NCBI GenBank assembly: GCA_023379675.1
Contig: JAMCPL010000028.1
Coordinates: 8,033-72,032, forward strand
Source: Actinomycetota bacterium
GTDB taxonomy: Bacteria; Actinomycetota; Acidimicrobiia; Acidimicrobiales; JAMCPL01
DNA length: 64,000 bases
Reading direction: 5' to 3'
Shown here piece by piece: positions 25,330 through 36,900 of the stretch. The notes under the pieces are model-generated. The model was not told the origin of the DNA, did no database searches, and saw only the letters and a list, made by a program, of their open reading frames with translations. Every line of letters begins with the position of its first letter. Position 1 is the first letter of the stretch. A program made the position numbers and the translations under genes.

Positions 25330-28002
25330 TCAGTTAGCAGCAGCACCAAGCACGGCATGAGCAGCAGCCAGGCGGGCCACCGGCACCCTGAACGGAGAGC
25401 AGCTTACATAGTCGACTCCCGCCGCGGCAAACACGGCTATGGACTCCGGATCACCTCCATGCTCGCCGCAGACACCTATGCTCAGGCCTGCCCTCGCCTG
25501 CCTACCACGCTCGACAGCAATCCGTACCAATTCACCTACACCGTCTGCATCTACCACCTCGAAGGGGTTGTGTGCCAGCAATCCAAGCTCCAGGTACCGA
25601 GACATCATCCGGCCTTCCACATCGTCCCTACTGAAGCCAAAAGTCATCTGGGTAAGATCATTGGTGCCGAACGAGAAGAACTCCGCCTCCAGGGCAATCT
25701 CACCCGCCCGCAGCGCCGCCCGGGGTGTTTCTATCATGGTGCCGATCTTCACATCCAGCACCGCCTTCTCCGCCTCGCTCGCCCCGGAGAGCACTTCGGC
25801 AATGGCCGCCTCCACCCATCCACGGGCAAGATGCATCTCGGCGCGCGTGACGGTGAGGGGAATCATCACCTCCACTACGGGAGTGCCTCCATCGCGGATC
25901 CGTACGAGCGCCGCCTCCATGAGTGCCTTGACCTGCATGGAGTACAGGCCGGGCTTGATAACTCCCAGCCGCACACCTCTGGTGCCGAGCATGGGATTGG
26001 CTTCCTGCCAGGCCATGGCCGCCTGGTAGAGCTTTTCCTCCTCAGCAGTCAATCCACTGGTCGCCCTCTTCACAAGCAGGTCCTCCGTATGGGGAAGGAA
26101 CTCATGAAGGGGAGGGTCAAGCAATCTAACCACTACAGGCAGGCCATCCATCTCTCTCAGTATTTCTACAAAATCCGCCCTTTGGGCCACCCGAAGTTCT
26201 TCGAGGGCATCATTCTCTTCTGCATCACTACTTGCCAGGATCATCCGCCTTACTATCGGCAAGCGATCCTCCACCAGGAACATATGCTCCGTACGGCAAA
26301 GCCCTATGCCTTCCGCTCCATACTTCCTCGCGTTGGCCGCGTCAGGACCGTTGTCCGCATTTGCCCTCACGCCCAATTTCCCTGCCCGGATCGCATCTGC
26401 CCATCCGAGTACTTGCTCCAGTTCAGGCGGAACCTCCGCTGCGCGCAGTGGAACTTGCCCTGCAACTACGGTACCTGTAGTTCCGTCTATCGACAGCCAC
26501 TCCCCTTCGGTGACCGTTACGCCATCGACAGAAAAAGACCGCTGCACCTGGCCGCCGGCTTCCCCGCCCGCAGAAATCTTGACGGCTTCAGCCCCTACCA
26601 CCGCCGGCTTCCCCCACCCGCGGGCGACCACTGCAGCATGCGACACCAACCCGCCCCGAGCAGTCAATATGCCCTCTGCTGCCAGCATCCCGTGGACGTC
26701 TTCCGGAGAAGTCTCGTTCCGTACCAGAATGACCTTCTCGCCTGCTTCATGAGCCGCTACCGCACTGCCGGCCGTGAAATACACCTTCCCTACGGCTGCA
26801 CCTGGGGAAGCACCAAGTCCCCTGGTAAGCACGTGGTAATCACCTTCGGAGAACTGTGGATGGAGCACCTGCTCGAGATGGCCACCATCTATGCGGCTTA
26901 CCGCTTCCTCGGGAGTGAGCGCTATGTCGGGATCGCTGGTCATGTCCACCGCCATCCGCAACGCCGCCCTTCCGGTACGCTTGCCGACCCTGGTCTGGAG
27001 CATCCACAGCTTGCCCTGTTCTATGGTGAACTCCGTATCACACATATCGCGGTAGTGCCTTTCCAGCTTGGCGAATATGTCCAGCAGCTCGATATAGACA
27101 TCGTGCATCTTCTCATCGAGCGCAGAGAGCGGCAGGGTATTGCGGATACCTGCGACGACGTCCTCGCCTTGGGCGTTGATAAGGAAGTCGCCGTAAGCAC
27201 CCTTCTCGCCGGTTGCAGGATCCCTTGTGAAGCCCACTCCGGTGCCAGATGAATCGTCCCTGTTGCCGAAGACCATGGCCTGGACATTGACCGCCGTACC
27301 GAGATCGTGTGGTATCCCCTCGTGTTCGCGGTATGCAATAGCTCGTGGACCATTCCAGGAGCTGAACACGGCCAGTACGGCCCCTTGTAGCTGATCCCAG
27401 GGATCCTGGGGAAATGGCTTTCCAGTTTCCCTGGCCACCAGGTCTTTATATACCTCCACCAGCTGCTGCAACTCCCCGGCAGGCAGGCCGGCGTCCGATG
27501 CGGCTCCGGCAAGCCGTTTGGCTTCTTCAAGTGGCTCATCGAAGCCAGACCCATCCATCCCCAACACTATGCGACCGTACATAGAGACAAACCGCCTGTA
27601 GGAATCGTATGCAAAGCGTGGATCTGAGGTCTGAGATGCGAGCCCTTTCACCGATTCGTCATTCAGCCCCAGGTTTAGCACCGTATCCATCATCCCCGGC
27701 ATGGAAAACTTGGCTCCCGAACGCACGCTCACCAGCAACGGCTCGGCTGGATCACCTATCGCCTTACCCATGCGGTCTTCCAACCGCGCTTTCGCAGAAC
27801 GTAGCTCATCGAGCAATCCATCGGGCCAACCCTCACTGCCCAGGTAGGCACGGCAGGCATCCGTCGTGATCGTGAACCCTGGAGGTACAGGTAGTCCCAG
27901 TACCGACGCCATCTCCGCCAGATTGGCACCTTTGCCACCGAGAAGGTCTTTCATATCCTTAGGCGAGCGGTCGTGGATGTGATCAAAATCAAATATATAC
28001 AT
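25330..28002 (-). CDS. ppdK: Pyruvate, phosphate dikinase
   Basis: 890 aa. MYIFDF...KDLLGGKGANLAEMASVLGLPVPPGFTITTDACRAY..., a phosphohistidine region ...GGLVSHAAVVARGWGKP..., and a C-terminal PEP-utilising domain ...GLCRTEHMF.... Confidence 0.95.
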   Translation of the reverse strand: MYIFDFDHIHDRSPKDMKDLLGGKGANLAEMASVLGLPVPPGFTITTDACRAYLGSEGWPDGLLDELRSAKARLEDRMGKAIGDPAEPLLVSVRSGAKFSMPGMMDTVLNLGLNDESVKGLASQTSDPRFAYDSYRRFVSMYGRIVLGMDGSGFDEPLEEAKRLAGAASDAGLPAGELQQLVEVYKDLVARETGKPFPQDPWDQLQGAVLAVFSSWNGPRAIAYREHEGIPHDLGTAVNVQAMVFGNRDDSSGTGVGFTRDPATGEKGAYGDFLINAQGEDVVAGIRNTLPLSALDEKMHDVYIELLDIFAKLERHYRDMCDTEFTIEQGKLWMLQTRVGKRTGRAALRMAVDMTSDPDIALTPEEAVSRIDGGHLEQVLHPQFSEGDYHVLTRGLGASPGAAVGKVYFTAGSAVAAHEAGEKVILVRNETSPEDVHGMLAAEGILTARGGLVSHAAVVARGWGKPAVVGAEAVKISAGGEAGGQVQRSFSVDGVTVTEGEWLSIDGTTGTVVAGQVPLRAAEVPPELEQVLGWADAIRAGKLGVRANADNGPDAANARKYGAEGIGLCRTEHMFLVEDRLPIVRRMILASSDAEENDALEELRVAQRADFVEILREMDGLPVVVRLLDPPLHEFLPHTEDLLVKRATSGLTAEEEKLYQAAMAWQEANPMLGTRGVRLGVIKPGLYSMQVKALMEAALVRIRDGGTPVVEVMIPLTVTRAEMHLARGWVEAAIAEVLSGASEAEKAVLDVKIGTMIETPRAALRAGEIALEAEFFSFGTNDLTQMTFGFSRDDVEGRMMSRYLELGLLAHNPFEVVDADGVGELVRIAVERGRQARAGLSIGVCGEHGGDPESIAVFAAAGVDYVSCSPFRVPVARLAAAHAVLGAAAN

Positions 28003-28335
28003 GTCATGCCTCTTTCTTTGCTTCGTCTATCCGCTGGGCTCTCCCGATTGCCCGAACGGCGCCTTGAATACCGAAAACCTTATGCCCGTTGTGCGCCAGC
28101 CACGCTACCTCCATAGTGCCCTGTGACACTCTTGCGGAACCGCCTGCACATGGAGGAGCACAAGATCTTGCGGCAGTTTCCATCCTACAACAGTTTTTCG
28201 CCGGATCGGACAATGCAAGGTACGCGTGGACAATGCAGGGTAAGTGGCCGGCAGGTCCATATCCACCGGCGGCAGGCCTTTGTGGTTCCTGATCGACGTT
28301 CCTGATCGACGTTCCTGATCGGCAGGCCGGAGATT

Positions 28336-29736
28336 CTACCGGAACTGCGCCAAGCGAGCCGTAATCTCGTTCACCAGCCCGCTGATCGGGATCCTCACCT
28401 GCTCAGTGGTATCCCTGTCCCGGACTGTCACCGCGCGATCTTCAAGCGAATCGAAGTCCACCGTTACACACCAGGGGGTGCCTACCTCATCCTGCCGGCG
28501 GTACCTGCGGCCTATCGATTGGGTAACGTCGAAGTCGCACATGCACAAGGGCTGGAGCAGCGAGAGCACCTCCCGGGACAGCGGCACAAGATCGTCATGC
28601 TTGGAAAGAGGCAGCACGGCCACCTGGTACGGTGCAAGGCCTGGATGCAGCTTGAGCAGGGTCCTCTTCTCGCCAGCGACTTCGTCCTCGGTATAGGCAT
28701 CTATGAGAAAGGCCATCATGGTACGGGTGGCCCCGGCTGCAGGTTCTATGACGTATGGTATATAACGAGTGCCCGTGGAAGGCTCGAAGTACTCGAGCAC
28801 CTCCCCTGATGCCTTTGCATGCTGTCTAAGATCGTAGTCAGTCCGGTTGGCCACCCCCTCCAGCTCATCCCATCCCCAGGGAAAGAGAAATTCCACATCC
28901 GCCGTAGCGGTGGAGTAATGAGACAACTCCTCATTGGTGTGGTGGCGCAAGCGCAGCCTCTTGGATGAGATGCCCAGGGACGTGTACCACTCCATACGTG
29001 TATCGCACCAGTAGCCAAACCATTTGGAAGCCTCATCGGGAGGCACGAAGTATTCCATCTCCATCTGCTCGAACTCGCGCGTCCGGAAGACAAAGTTCTG
29101 AGGGGTGATCTCGTTACGGAACGACTTACCCATCTGGGCAATACCGAACGGCGGCTTCTTGCGAGCCGTGGTAAGCACGTTCATGAAGTTGACAAACATC
29201 CCTTGGGCCGTCTCAGGTCTCAGGTAGGCGACCGCTCCCTCATCTTCGAGCGGACCTGCATGGGTCTTGAACATCAAATTGAACGCCCTGGGTTCGGTAA
29301 GATCACTGGATCCACACGACGGGCACTTACCGGAAATCTTGTCCGCTCGCCAGCGTGAATGGCACTGCCTGCAGTCCACGAGTGGATCCGTGAAGTTGTC
29401 CAAGTGACCGGATGCCTGCCATATACGCGGGCTCGACAGGATGGCGGCATCTATCCCGACAACGTCATCGCGCATCTGGACCATCGACTTCCACCAAGCT
29501 TCCTTCACGTTGCGCAGCAGCAGCACCCCCAGAGGGCCGTAATCATATGTAGAGCGAAACCCACCGTATATCTCGGCCGACGGGAAGATGAATCCTCTGC
29601 GCTTGCACAGGTTGACCACCTTCTCCATCTGGTCTGTGTTGACCACCTTCTCCATCTGGTCTGTGTTGACCTTCTTTTTCATCTGGTCTGTGTTGTCCAT
29701 CTTCTCCACCTTCTCCATCTGGTCTGTGTTGTCCAT
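28336..29736 (-). CDS. glyQS: Glycine--tRNA ligase (single-chain GlyQS type) with a repeat-derived N-terminal extension
   Basis: ...[34 protein letters not shown]... matches the canonical GlyRS N-terminus. The conserved start corresponds to ATG 29628, and five further in-frame ATGs lie upstream, up to 29736. Confidence 0.9.
   Translation of the reverse strand: MDNTDQMEKVEKMDNTDQMKKKVNTDQMEKVVNTDQMEKVVNLCKRRGFIFPSAEIYGGFRSTYDYGPLGVLLLRNVKEAWWKSMVQMRDDVVGIDAAILSSPRIWQASGHLDNFTDPLVDCRQCHSRWRADKISGKCPSCGSSDLTEPRAFNLMFKTHAGPLEDEGAVAYLRPETAQGMFVNFMNVLTTARKKPPFGIAQMGKSFRNEITPQNFVFRTREFEQMEMEYFVPPDEASKWFGYWCDTRMEWYTSLGISSKRLRLRHHTNEELSHYSTATADVEFLFPWGWDELEGVANRTDYDLRQHAKASGEVLEYFEPSTGTRYIPYVIEPAAGATRTMMAFLIDAYTEDEVAGEKRTLLKLHPGLAPYQVAVLPLSKHDDLVPLSREVLSLLQPLCMCDFDVTQSIGRRYRRQDEVGTPWCVTVDFDSLEDRAVTVRDRDTTEQVRIPISGLVNEITARLAQFR
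29611..29736. repeat. 27-bp tandem repeat array at the 5' end of glyQS
   Basis: GTTGACCACCTTCTCCATCTGGTCTGT x2 is perfect. It is followed by a 27-bp variant, a 36-bp variant and a partial unit. On the minus strand it reads (V/D)NTDQMEKV repeats. Confidence 0.85.
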
Positions 29737-29761
29737 CTTCCGCGCACCACCCGAAACATTC

Positions 29762-30154
29762 CTACGATCTCTGGTGAACCGCCCTTACGGGTGGGCCTGC
29801 GCTTCCATTCAGATCAAGTACCAGACGTAAGCCATAATCAAGAGTGGCCATCGTAGCACGATCGAGCATTCCGGCACGATCTACAAGCCTGGAACGGTCG
29901 ACGGTCAGAATCTGGCTGACATTGGCGACGGAATCTTTGGGCAGGCCTGCAACGGCAGCTTCAAGAAACACATTACCAGGAGCGCCGGCCAGACGCAGGT
30001 TGCTGGTTACTGCTGATACGATTACAGTCGCAATGCGAGAACGATTGAATCGATCCGAAGATACGATGACTATCGGTCGCCGGTAGCCCTGCTCCGACCC
30101 CACGGGGTCGCCGAAATCGACCCACCATATTTCGCCCCGAGCTACCACTCCCAC
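29762..30154 (-). CDS. mazF: MazF/PemK-family type II toxin (endoribonuclease)
   Basis: ...[33 protein letters not shown]...[10 protein letters not shown]... is the typical PemK/MazF core. Confidence 0.85.
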   Translation of the reverse strand: MGVVARGEIWWVDFGDPVGSEQGYRRPIVIVSSDRFNRSRIATVIVSAVTSNLRLAGAPGNVFLEAAVAGLPKDSVANVSQILTVDRSRLVDRAGMLDRATMATLDYGLRLVLDLNGSAGPPVRAVHQRS

Positions 30155-30399
30155 ATCCCTTCGTCAATCAGCCGCCGACCTGAAACAGCAGCAAGCGGTG
30201 CGGCAACGCCTCCAATCTCATCGGCCATTTCGTCCAGACGACGGGTGACAGGGTCCAATACGGGGTCGTCCACCTCGGCAAGATAGGCCACGAGGGCGTT
30301 GGCATAGAACTGGGAACGACTACAGCCCGCACTGCGTGCCACTCGTTCAGCGCGATTGAAGAGGTCATCGGGAATGGACACAGCTGTCTTGATAACCAT
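30142..30399 (-). CDS. Ribbon-helix-helix type antitoxin of the MazF-like toxin
   Basis: ATG 30399: MVIKTAVSIPDDLFNRAERVARSAGCSRSQFYANALVAYL... (RHH pattern). It overlaps the toxin gene by 13 nt. Confidence 0.75.
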   Translation of the reverse strand: MVIKTAVSIPDDLFNRAERVARSAGCSRSQFYANALVAYLAEVDDPVLDPVTRRLDEMADEIGGVAAPLAAVSGRRLIDEGMWEW

Positions 30400-30995
30400 G
30401 TAAATGATTATACCAGTTATACCGGCTCTTCGGATATAAAGGAGTTCAGATGACCGCAGGCAGGTATTGATGGGAGCCGGCAGCACGGCAGGATGGTCCT
30501 GATTGGATGTATCTGTGGGTTACTCGCTGAGAGACCTGACAAGCTGGATCCGCCTGGCGGGGTTATTCCATTCTCATGTGCGTGACTGTCCGGTGGACAG
30601 CTACGGACAAAGGTGGCGAAGCACGATTCCGCCCGTGTAGATACTATGCCTGGCACTGCAATATTGGGCAGGTCTCCATCTTGGCGAGGCATGACAGCTG
30701 AGAGCAGAGAGCTGACAGCTGACAGCTGAGAGCAGATCCCAGTTGGGCTTGCTGGCGTACAGCAGAAAGCGTATACGGATAGCCCATCAGCGCGCCATGA
30801 CCGGCAAATTACGTAGGAATAACCAGACAACATGGCATCTGATGAGATATACTACTTTACACATGAAACAGATGGACTTTCAATTGCTGGGATCGTGACC
30901 CAACGGTGAGGCAATCTATATTCACTTCGTCCTTCGGCGTCTCGAAGCGAGAGAACCACGATGCCAGTGGCTTCTACGAGCGATTCACCCCTTCA

Positions 30996-33140
30996 TTACC
31001 GCCCCTCCAATGAGGCCTCCATGATCTGAGCCAGATCAAGGACCTTGACCTCATCCTCTCTCTGGTTGGCCTTCACTGCGTCGTCTATCATAATCAGGCA
31101 ATACGGGCAGGCAGTGGAGACCACATCCGCACCGGTGGAAAGCGCCTCATCTGTCCGCTCCATATTCACTCGCTTACCGATTGATTCTTCCATCCACATC
31201 CTGGCGCCTCCCGCGCCACAGCAGAAACTGCGCTCCCGATGGCGCTCCATCTCGATCTGGCGCACTCCCGGTATCGCGCTGAGCATATCTCTCGGCTCAT
31301 CGAAGACACGGTTGTGCCGACCAAGATAGCAAGGATCGTGATATGTGACACTCGCACTAAGCGCCTTACCGGGAACCAGCCTGCCATCACGTACCAGGCG
31401 GGTGAGAAGCTGGCTGTGATGTATCACCTCGAAATCACCGCCAAGTGCAGGGTATTCGCGTGCTATCGAATTGAAGCAATGCGGGCAGGACGCTATTATC
31501 TTCTTTACTCCTGCACTCCGCAGGGTGTCCACATTAGCCTTGGCCTGCTCCTGGAAAAGATACTCGTTGCCCATCCTTCTGGCCGGATCACCGGTGCAGG
31601 ACTCGAGCGGTCCGAGGATGGCGAACTTCACCCCGGCATGATGCATGATGCGGGCAATGGCCTGTGTAGCCTTGCGGGCTCTCTCGTCAAGCGCTCCGGC
31701 GCAGCCGACCCAGTACAGGTACTCGACATCGTCAGGAATGGTCCCATCGACGACCGGTACGTCGAAATCGAGAGAAGCGGTCCAATCCGTGCGTTTCGAT
31801 CCCCCAAGTCCCCACGGATCACCCTGGTTCTCTATGTTGCGAAGCATAAGACCTGCTTCCTGTGGAAAACGCGACTCCATGAGCACCTCGTACCTGCGCA
31901 TGTCGACGATGGCATCCACATGCTCGATGTCCACCGGGCACTCCTCCACACATGCCCCGCAGGTAAGGCAAGACCACAAGACGTCATTGTCTATTGTTGC
32001 AGGCACCAGAGTAGGGGTATCGGCCTGTCCGCTGGCCTGTCCGCTGACCTGTCCTCCAGCCTGTCCTCCAGATCCTCCATCGGAATCGGACCCGCTATTC
32101 ACGCCTTTCGCAAGCACTCTCGGCGCAGACTCGAACAGGTTGTCCCTTAGGGACATGATGAGCAGCTTCGGTGACAGCGGCTTGCCGGTGTTCCACGCCG
32201 GGCAGACTGCCTGGCAGCGCCCGCACTCGGTACAAGTCAGCAGATCGAGCAACTGCTTCCACCTGAAGTCCTCGATGTGCCCCGCTCCAAATACCGTGTC
32301 TTCGCTTACCTCTTCCATGTCCATGGATGGAGTCGAGTAAAGGGCGCCAAGCGCTCTGGGTCGCCTGGAAGTGATGACGTTTACCGGCGCCATGAAGATA
32401 TGGAGATGCTTGGAATAAGTGACAAACACGAGAAACGCCATGATGACCGTGATGTTCAACAGAAGGAAAGCTGTAACCAGGTCCCCGTTGGCTGTCCTTC
32501 CGAGACCGGAGAATGCACGGCCTATGCCATGGCTTGCAAATGCCCACCATCCATAGGGGAACTCTCCGACATTAGTCTGAGCGGCACGGTATCCGAGCAG
32601 TGAAATGATCACCATGGCGATCATAAAGAGTGTGAACCAGGCCGCCTTGGTGTGCGAGCCATAGAAGCGGGATTCGCGTAGTTTGCGGGCCGGTGACTGC
32701 TTCAGCCTTATCACGGTGAACGCCACCAGCGCCACAAGGATTGAAGCGCTGAAGAAATCTTCCAGGAAACCGAGCACAGCCGTGTGCCCGATAAACGGAA
32801 TCGCAAACTTCCGGCTGAAAAGGTCACCGTATGCCTCGATAATGGTGAACATAAGTATGATGAAACCCCAGAATGTCATGGCATGAGCAAGGCCGGGTAA
32901 CCGCCGCTTGAACATCTTCCTCTGCCCCACCACCTCCGAAAGCTCCGCCTTGATACGAGCAGGCATGTCCTTCAGGCGGGCGTTATCCGGCTTCCCCGAA
33001 GAAACCAGCCTCATGAGGAATAGGAGCCTCCGCCCTGCTATGGACAGGGCCACCACAGTAACGAGCAGGCCGATCGCCATGCGTAACGCGATCGGACCAC
33101 CAACCTGGACTGCAGCAACCATTCCAGACAAGTTAGCCAT
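30996..33140 (-). CDS. Membrane-bound (Fe-S)-binding reductase: NarI-like membrane domain fused to HdrD-like 4Fe-4S and CCG domains (Rv0338c-like)
   Basis: GAGGAG SD lies before ATG 33140. The N-terminal half is a multi-TM domain. It also contains CTECGRCQAVCP and CLTCGACVEECP ferredoxin motifs and CCG-type motifs CPHCFNSI and CCGAGG. Confidence 0.8.
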   Translation of the reverse strand: MANLSGMVAAVQVGGPIALRMAIGLLVTVVALSIAGRRLLFLMRLVSSGKPDNARLKDMPARIKAELSEVVGQRKMFKRRLPGLAHAMTFWGFIILMFTIIEAYGDLFSRKFAIPFIGHTAVLGFLEDFFSASILVALVAFTVIRLKQSPARKLRESRFYGSHTKAAWFTLFMIAMVIISLLGYRAAQTNVGEFPYGWWAFASHGIGRAFSGLGRTANGDLVTAFLLLNITVIMAFLVFVTYSKHLHIFMAPVNVITSRRPRALGALYSTPSMDMEEVSEDTVFGAGHIEDFRWKQLLDLLTCTECGRCQAVCPAWNTGKPLSPKLLIMSLRDNLFESAPRVLAKGVNSGSDSDGGSGGQAGGQVSGQASGQADTPTLVPATIDNDVLWSCLTCGACVEECPVDIEHVDAIVDMRRYEVLMESRFPQEAGLMLRNIENQGDPWGLGGSKRTDWTASLDFDVPVVDGTIPDDVEYLYWVGCAGALDERARKATQAIARIMHHAGVKFAILGPLESCTGDPARRMGNEYLFQEQAKANVDTLRSAGVKKIIASCPHCFNSIAREYPALGGDFEVIHHSQLLTRLVRDGRLVPGKALSASVTYHDPCYLGRHNRVFDEPRDMLSAIPGVRQIEMERHRERSFCCGAGGARMWMEESIGKRVNMERTDEALSTGADVVSTACPYCLIMIDDAVKANQREDEVKVLDLAQIMEASLEGR

Positions 33141-33270
33141 GATCAATATCTCCTCTCGCTGCAACCAGCCGATAGCTTCCTCCAGCGGCAATGGTCGAAC
33201 ACCTGGACGAGCCGGCCGTGCCTCCTGTCACCGCTTCCGGCCGGCAGCCGACCCGTTCTGTCCAGCCGGC

Positions 33271-33864
33271 TCACTGCGTTTCTTCCCTTGCCGGAGTAGG
33301 ACCGCCAAAATTCTCGAAGTACCGGCTTGGCGTCGGACCCCACTGCCCCTGGTACTTGGAGCGCACAGCAGAAGAACCGTAAGGGTGTTCAGCCGGCGTG
33401 GTCATCCTCAAGAAGCTGATCTGACCTATCGCCATACCAGGGTACACGGTAATCGGCAAGTTGGCCACATTGGAAAGCTCCAGGGTAAGATGACCATCCC
33501 AACCTGCATCGACAAATCCAGCTGTGGAATGTATGAGCAGGCCGAGCCTACCGAGTGACGATTTGCCCTCCAGGCGCGCCACGAGATCGTCGGGAATCTT
33601 CACCCGCTCCAGCGTCGAACCCAGGATAAACTCCCCAGGATGCAGTATCAGGGGACCATCCTCGCCGACGGACACGAGCTCGGTCAGATCCTCCTGGCTT
33701 TCCGCCACATCTATCACTCCCATGGAATGGTTGCGAAAAAGCCGGAAATGTCTATCCACGTGAAGATCCACCGAAGAGGGCTGTATGTCGACCTCGTCGA
33801 ACGGTTCGATGACAATCCTGCCTGCGGCAATCTCCTCCTTGATGGAACGGTCTGAAAGTATCAC
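33271..33864 (-). CDS. dcd: dCTP deaminase
   Basis: From GTG 33864: [22 protein letters not shown]...[10 protein letters not shown]...[33 protein letters not shown].... The longer track ORF adds an unlikely N-terminus. Confidence 0.9.
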   Translation of the reverse strand: MILSDRSIKEEIAAGRIVIEPFDEVDIQPSSVDLHVDRHFRLFRNHSMGVIDVAESQEDLTELVSVGEDGPLILHPGEFILGSTLERVKIPDDLVARLEGKSSLGRLGLLIHSTAGFVDAGWDGHLTLELSNVANLPITVYPGMAIGQISFLRMTTPAEHPYGSSAVRSKYQGQWGPTPSRYFENFGGPTPAREETQ

Positions 33865-33971
33865 TCTGTGCAGGATAGTACGTAAAGGCACCCACTGTGA
33901 AGTTGGCAAGGAAAAAATTGTGGCAGCCGACTTGGTACGCTGGTGGTACGCCTCCCGTGTATAAATACAGT

Positions 33972-36900
33972 ATGGTGCAACATGGCATAGCAAGACAGTT
34001 CAAGATACCGCTGCAGGTGGTTGCCTTCATGATGGTGACTGCAGCGCAACTCGGCGTGGGAATCATCGCTTCGAGTCCCAAGGCCCAAGCTGTTACCGCA
34101 CAGGCCGCTTGGTCCACGCAGGCCAGTTGGTTGGCCCCAGCCACCTCACTGGATAGCGTATCCTGCCCTACCGCATCCGTCTGCTTCGCAGCCGGTTCAA
34201 ATGCAGTCAGTGGCCCGGCATTCTATACAATGGGCGGCGGAAGTGAAGGTACGGCGACCACCGGCAATTCAGGGTCGGAAAATACGGGTTGGACCAACGA
34301 CTCCGGCGCTCTGCCATCGGATACACCCCCGCTCATCGGGATCTCGTGCGCATCCATCGACTTTTGCGAAGCGGTAGGGTACAACAGCTCCACTTCGGCA
34401 GTTGCAGCACTTGCGTGGAACGGTTCTTCGTGGTCAGAGCAGTCCCTGCCATCGGGCACCCCGCAACTCAATGCCATCTCGTGTCCATCCGCCGACTTTT
34501 GCGAAGCGGTAGGGTACAACAGCTCCACCTCGGCGGTTGCAGCCCTCACTTTCAACGGTTCCAACTGGTCACAGCAGTCACTTCCCTCCGGAACCGCACA
34601 GCTCAATGCCATCTCATGTGCATCAGCCGACTTTTGCGAAGCGGTAGGCAACAATGCCGCACTTACCTTTAACGGGCTGGCATGGTCCACCCAGGTCCTG
34701 CCTGCTGGAATCGAGGACTTGTATGGCCTCTCGTGCGTGTCCTCTAGCTTCTGCGAGGCGGTGGGGTGGAACACCGGTTCCGCCGTGGCACTGCTGTGGG
34801 ATGGCACGTCATGGACTTCTCAGAGCGGACTCATCGGAGCGGAAGAGTTCACGGGAGTATCGTGCTCGTCAGTCTCTTACTGCACAGCGGTGGGATATGC
34901 CGCATCCACCGCAGGTAGTTCTCCCGCTGTAACGTTTTCTTTCAACGGTTCGGCATGGTCGCAGCAACAGGCTCCAGGCGGTGTGGAGGAGGTGAATGGG
35001 ATCTCGTGCGCATCGACCGATTCCTGCGAAGCGGTCGGGGACAGCACCTCCTCGACCTCTGCACCCATTGTAATGTCCTTCGATGGATCGGCATGGTCGC
35101 AGCAGTCCTTGCCTGCAAGCACGCCTCCGCTCACCGGGATCTCGTGTGCATCGACCAATTCCTGCGAAGCGATCGGATACGACAACAGCTCCAGTACGGG
35201 CGCAGCCGCCCTTGCCTGGAACGGCGCCGGCTGGACCAGCCAGGATCTCCCCTCAGGCATAGGCGGGCTTACCGGAATATCGTGTCCATCGGCAGGATTT
35301 TGCGAGGCGGTCGGATTCAGCCAGGCTGGATCAGCAGGCATAGCCCTCTCTTTCGATGGAACGTCCTGGTCGCAGCAGTCCTTGCCCTCAGGCATAGGCG
35401 GGCTCAGCGGAGTATCATGTATCTCGGCCGGTAACTGCGAGGCAGTAGGCTATGATACCGCTCTCTCTTTCGATGGAACGTCCTGGTCCACCCAGACTCT
35501 CCCACCAGCCACCGGTCAGCTTGAAGCCATATCATGCGTAAGCGCAATGATCTGCGAGGCCGTGGGGCTCACCAGCGCAGCATCCGCCGCCGTCGCCCTT
35601 TCCTTCGATGGCTCCACCTGGTCGCAGCAGTCACTGCCCGCAGGTATAGGTACACTCAATGGCGTATCGTGCACCTCTGCAAGTACGTGCGAGGCCGTAG
35701 GAGCTGCAGGTACGACCGCCGCGGCGCTTTCCTTCGATGGCTCCACCTGGTCGCAGCAATCACTGCCCGCAGGTATAGGTACACTCAATGGCGTATCGTG
35801 CACCTCTGCAAGTGCGTGCGAGGCGGTCGGGTACGAAAGCGGCACGGTTGCAGGCACGGCGCTTTACTTCGATGGCGCTTCGTGGACGACCCAGGCCATC
35901 CCTTCCACGCTCAGTGCCCTTGGAGCCGTGTCGTGCGCCCCAGCGCCTGCAAGTGCCTGCGAAGCGGCAGGATACAGCCCGTCACAGGTGGTAATAATTG
36001 CTGAAGGTTCCGCTCCCATGATCGCATCCATATCGCCTGCCTCGGGCCCGGTCAGCGGAGGCACTGCGGTCACTATAGCAGGCAACGGGTTCTCCACCAC
36101 GCCGGGTACCACCACGGTCACCTTCGGCTCGACTCCTGCTCTGCATGTTTCCTGCCCCACGGTAACGGTCTGTACCGTGACGGCACCGGCAGGTTCCTCT
36201 CCCGGCGAAACGGTACCCGTAAAGGTTTCCACCTCGGATGGTACATCAGCCAGCGCCACCTACACCTATACCTCGTTGTCCGGTTCTCAGTGGGCAATCT
36301 CTGCCGAATACCCCTGGATTGGACCGGATGGCACTCCAGCACCGGATCTGAACTCCATCTCATGCGTGTCGGCGACTTTCTGTATGGCGGTGGGAGTGGG
36401 TAGCTCAGAGGATGGTAGCTTCGCCACAATCTGGAACGGCTCCACCTGGACATCGACATCTGCAGCTGTTAACTTGACCCTGCCTACGGATACTTCTATT
36501 TCAGGCCTTTATGCGGTCTCATGCGTGTCGGCGACTTTCTGCATGGCACTGGCACCATCTCTACCACCACTACTATGGAATGGCACGGCATGGACAGAGA
36601 CTTCTACGACGTCCTCAATGGGCGTAAATGACCTGTCATGCGTGTCGGCTACTTTCTGCATGGCCGTAGGCTACAATACCTCTGACTACGGCTACGCTGC
36701 CAGCAACGCCGTAGAGATTTGGAACGGCGCTTCTTGGACTTCCCAGAGCGTGATCTCTACTGGGGTCTGGGATGAACTCTATAGCGTGTCATGTACCTCG
36801 ACCACATTCTGCATGACGGTGGATGGCAGCAGCACGCTGTACTGGAACGGCTCGAGTTGGGCACAACGTTCTGTTCCAGGAATTACAGGCAGCACTGGCT

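Noticed and set aside
25318-27252. 644-aa + strand ORF
   Set aside because: It is entirely antisense to ppdK, whose identity is unambiguous. Its composition is His/Arg/Pro-rich.
29737-29761. T-box leader upstream of glyQS
   Set aside because: Only 25 nt separate the first ATG from the mazF stop. I saw no specifier or antiterminator structure in the repeat array.
30417-30833. 138-aa minus-strand ORF and the CAGCTGA(G/C)AG low-complexity run at ~30700-30735
   Set aside because: There is no SD, no recognisable motif, and the composition is odd. I treated the region as intergenic sequence upstream of mazE.
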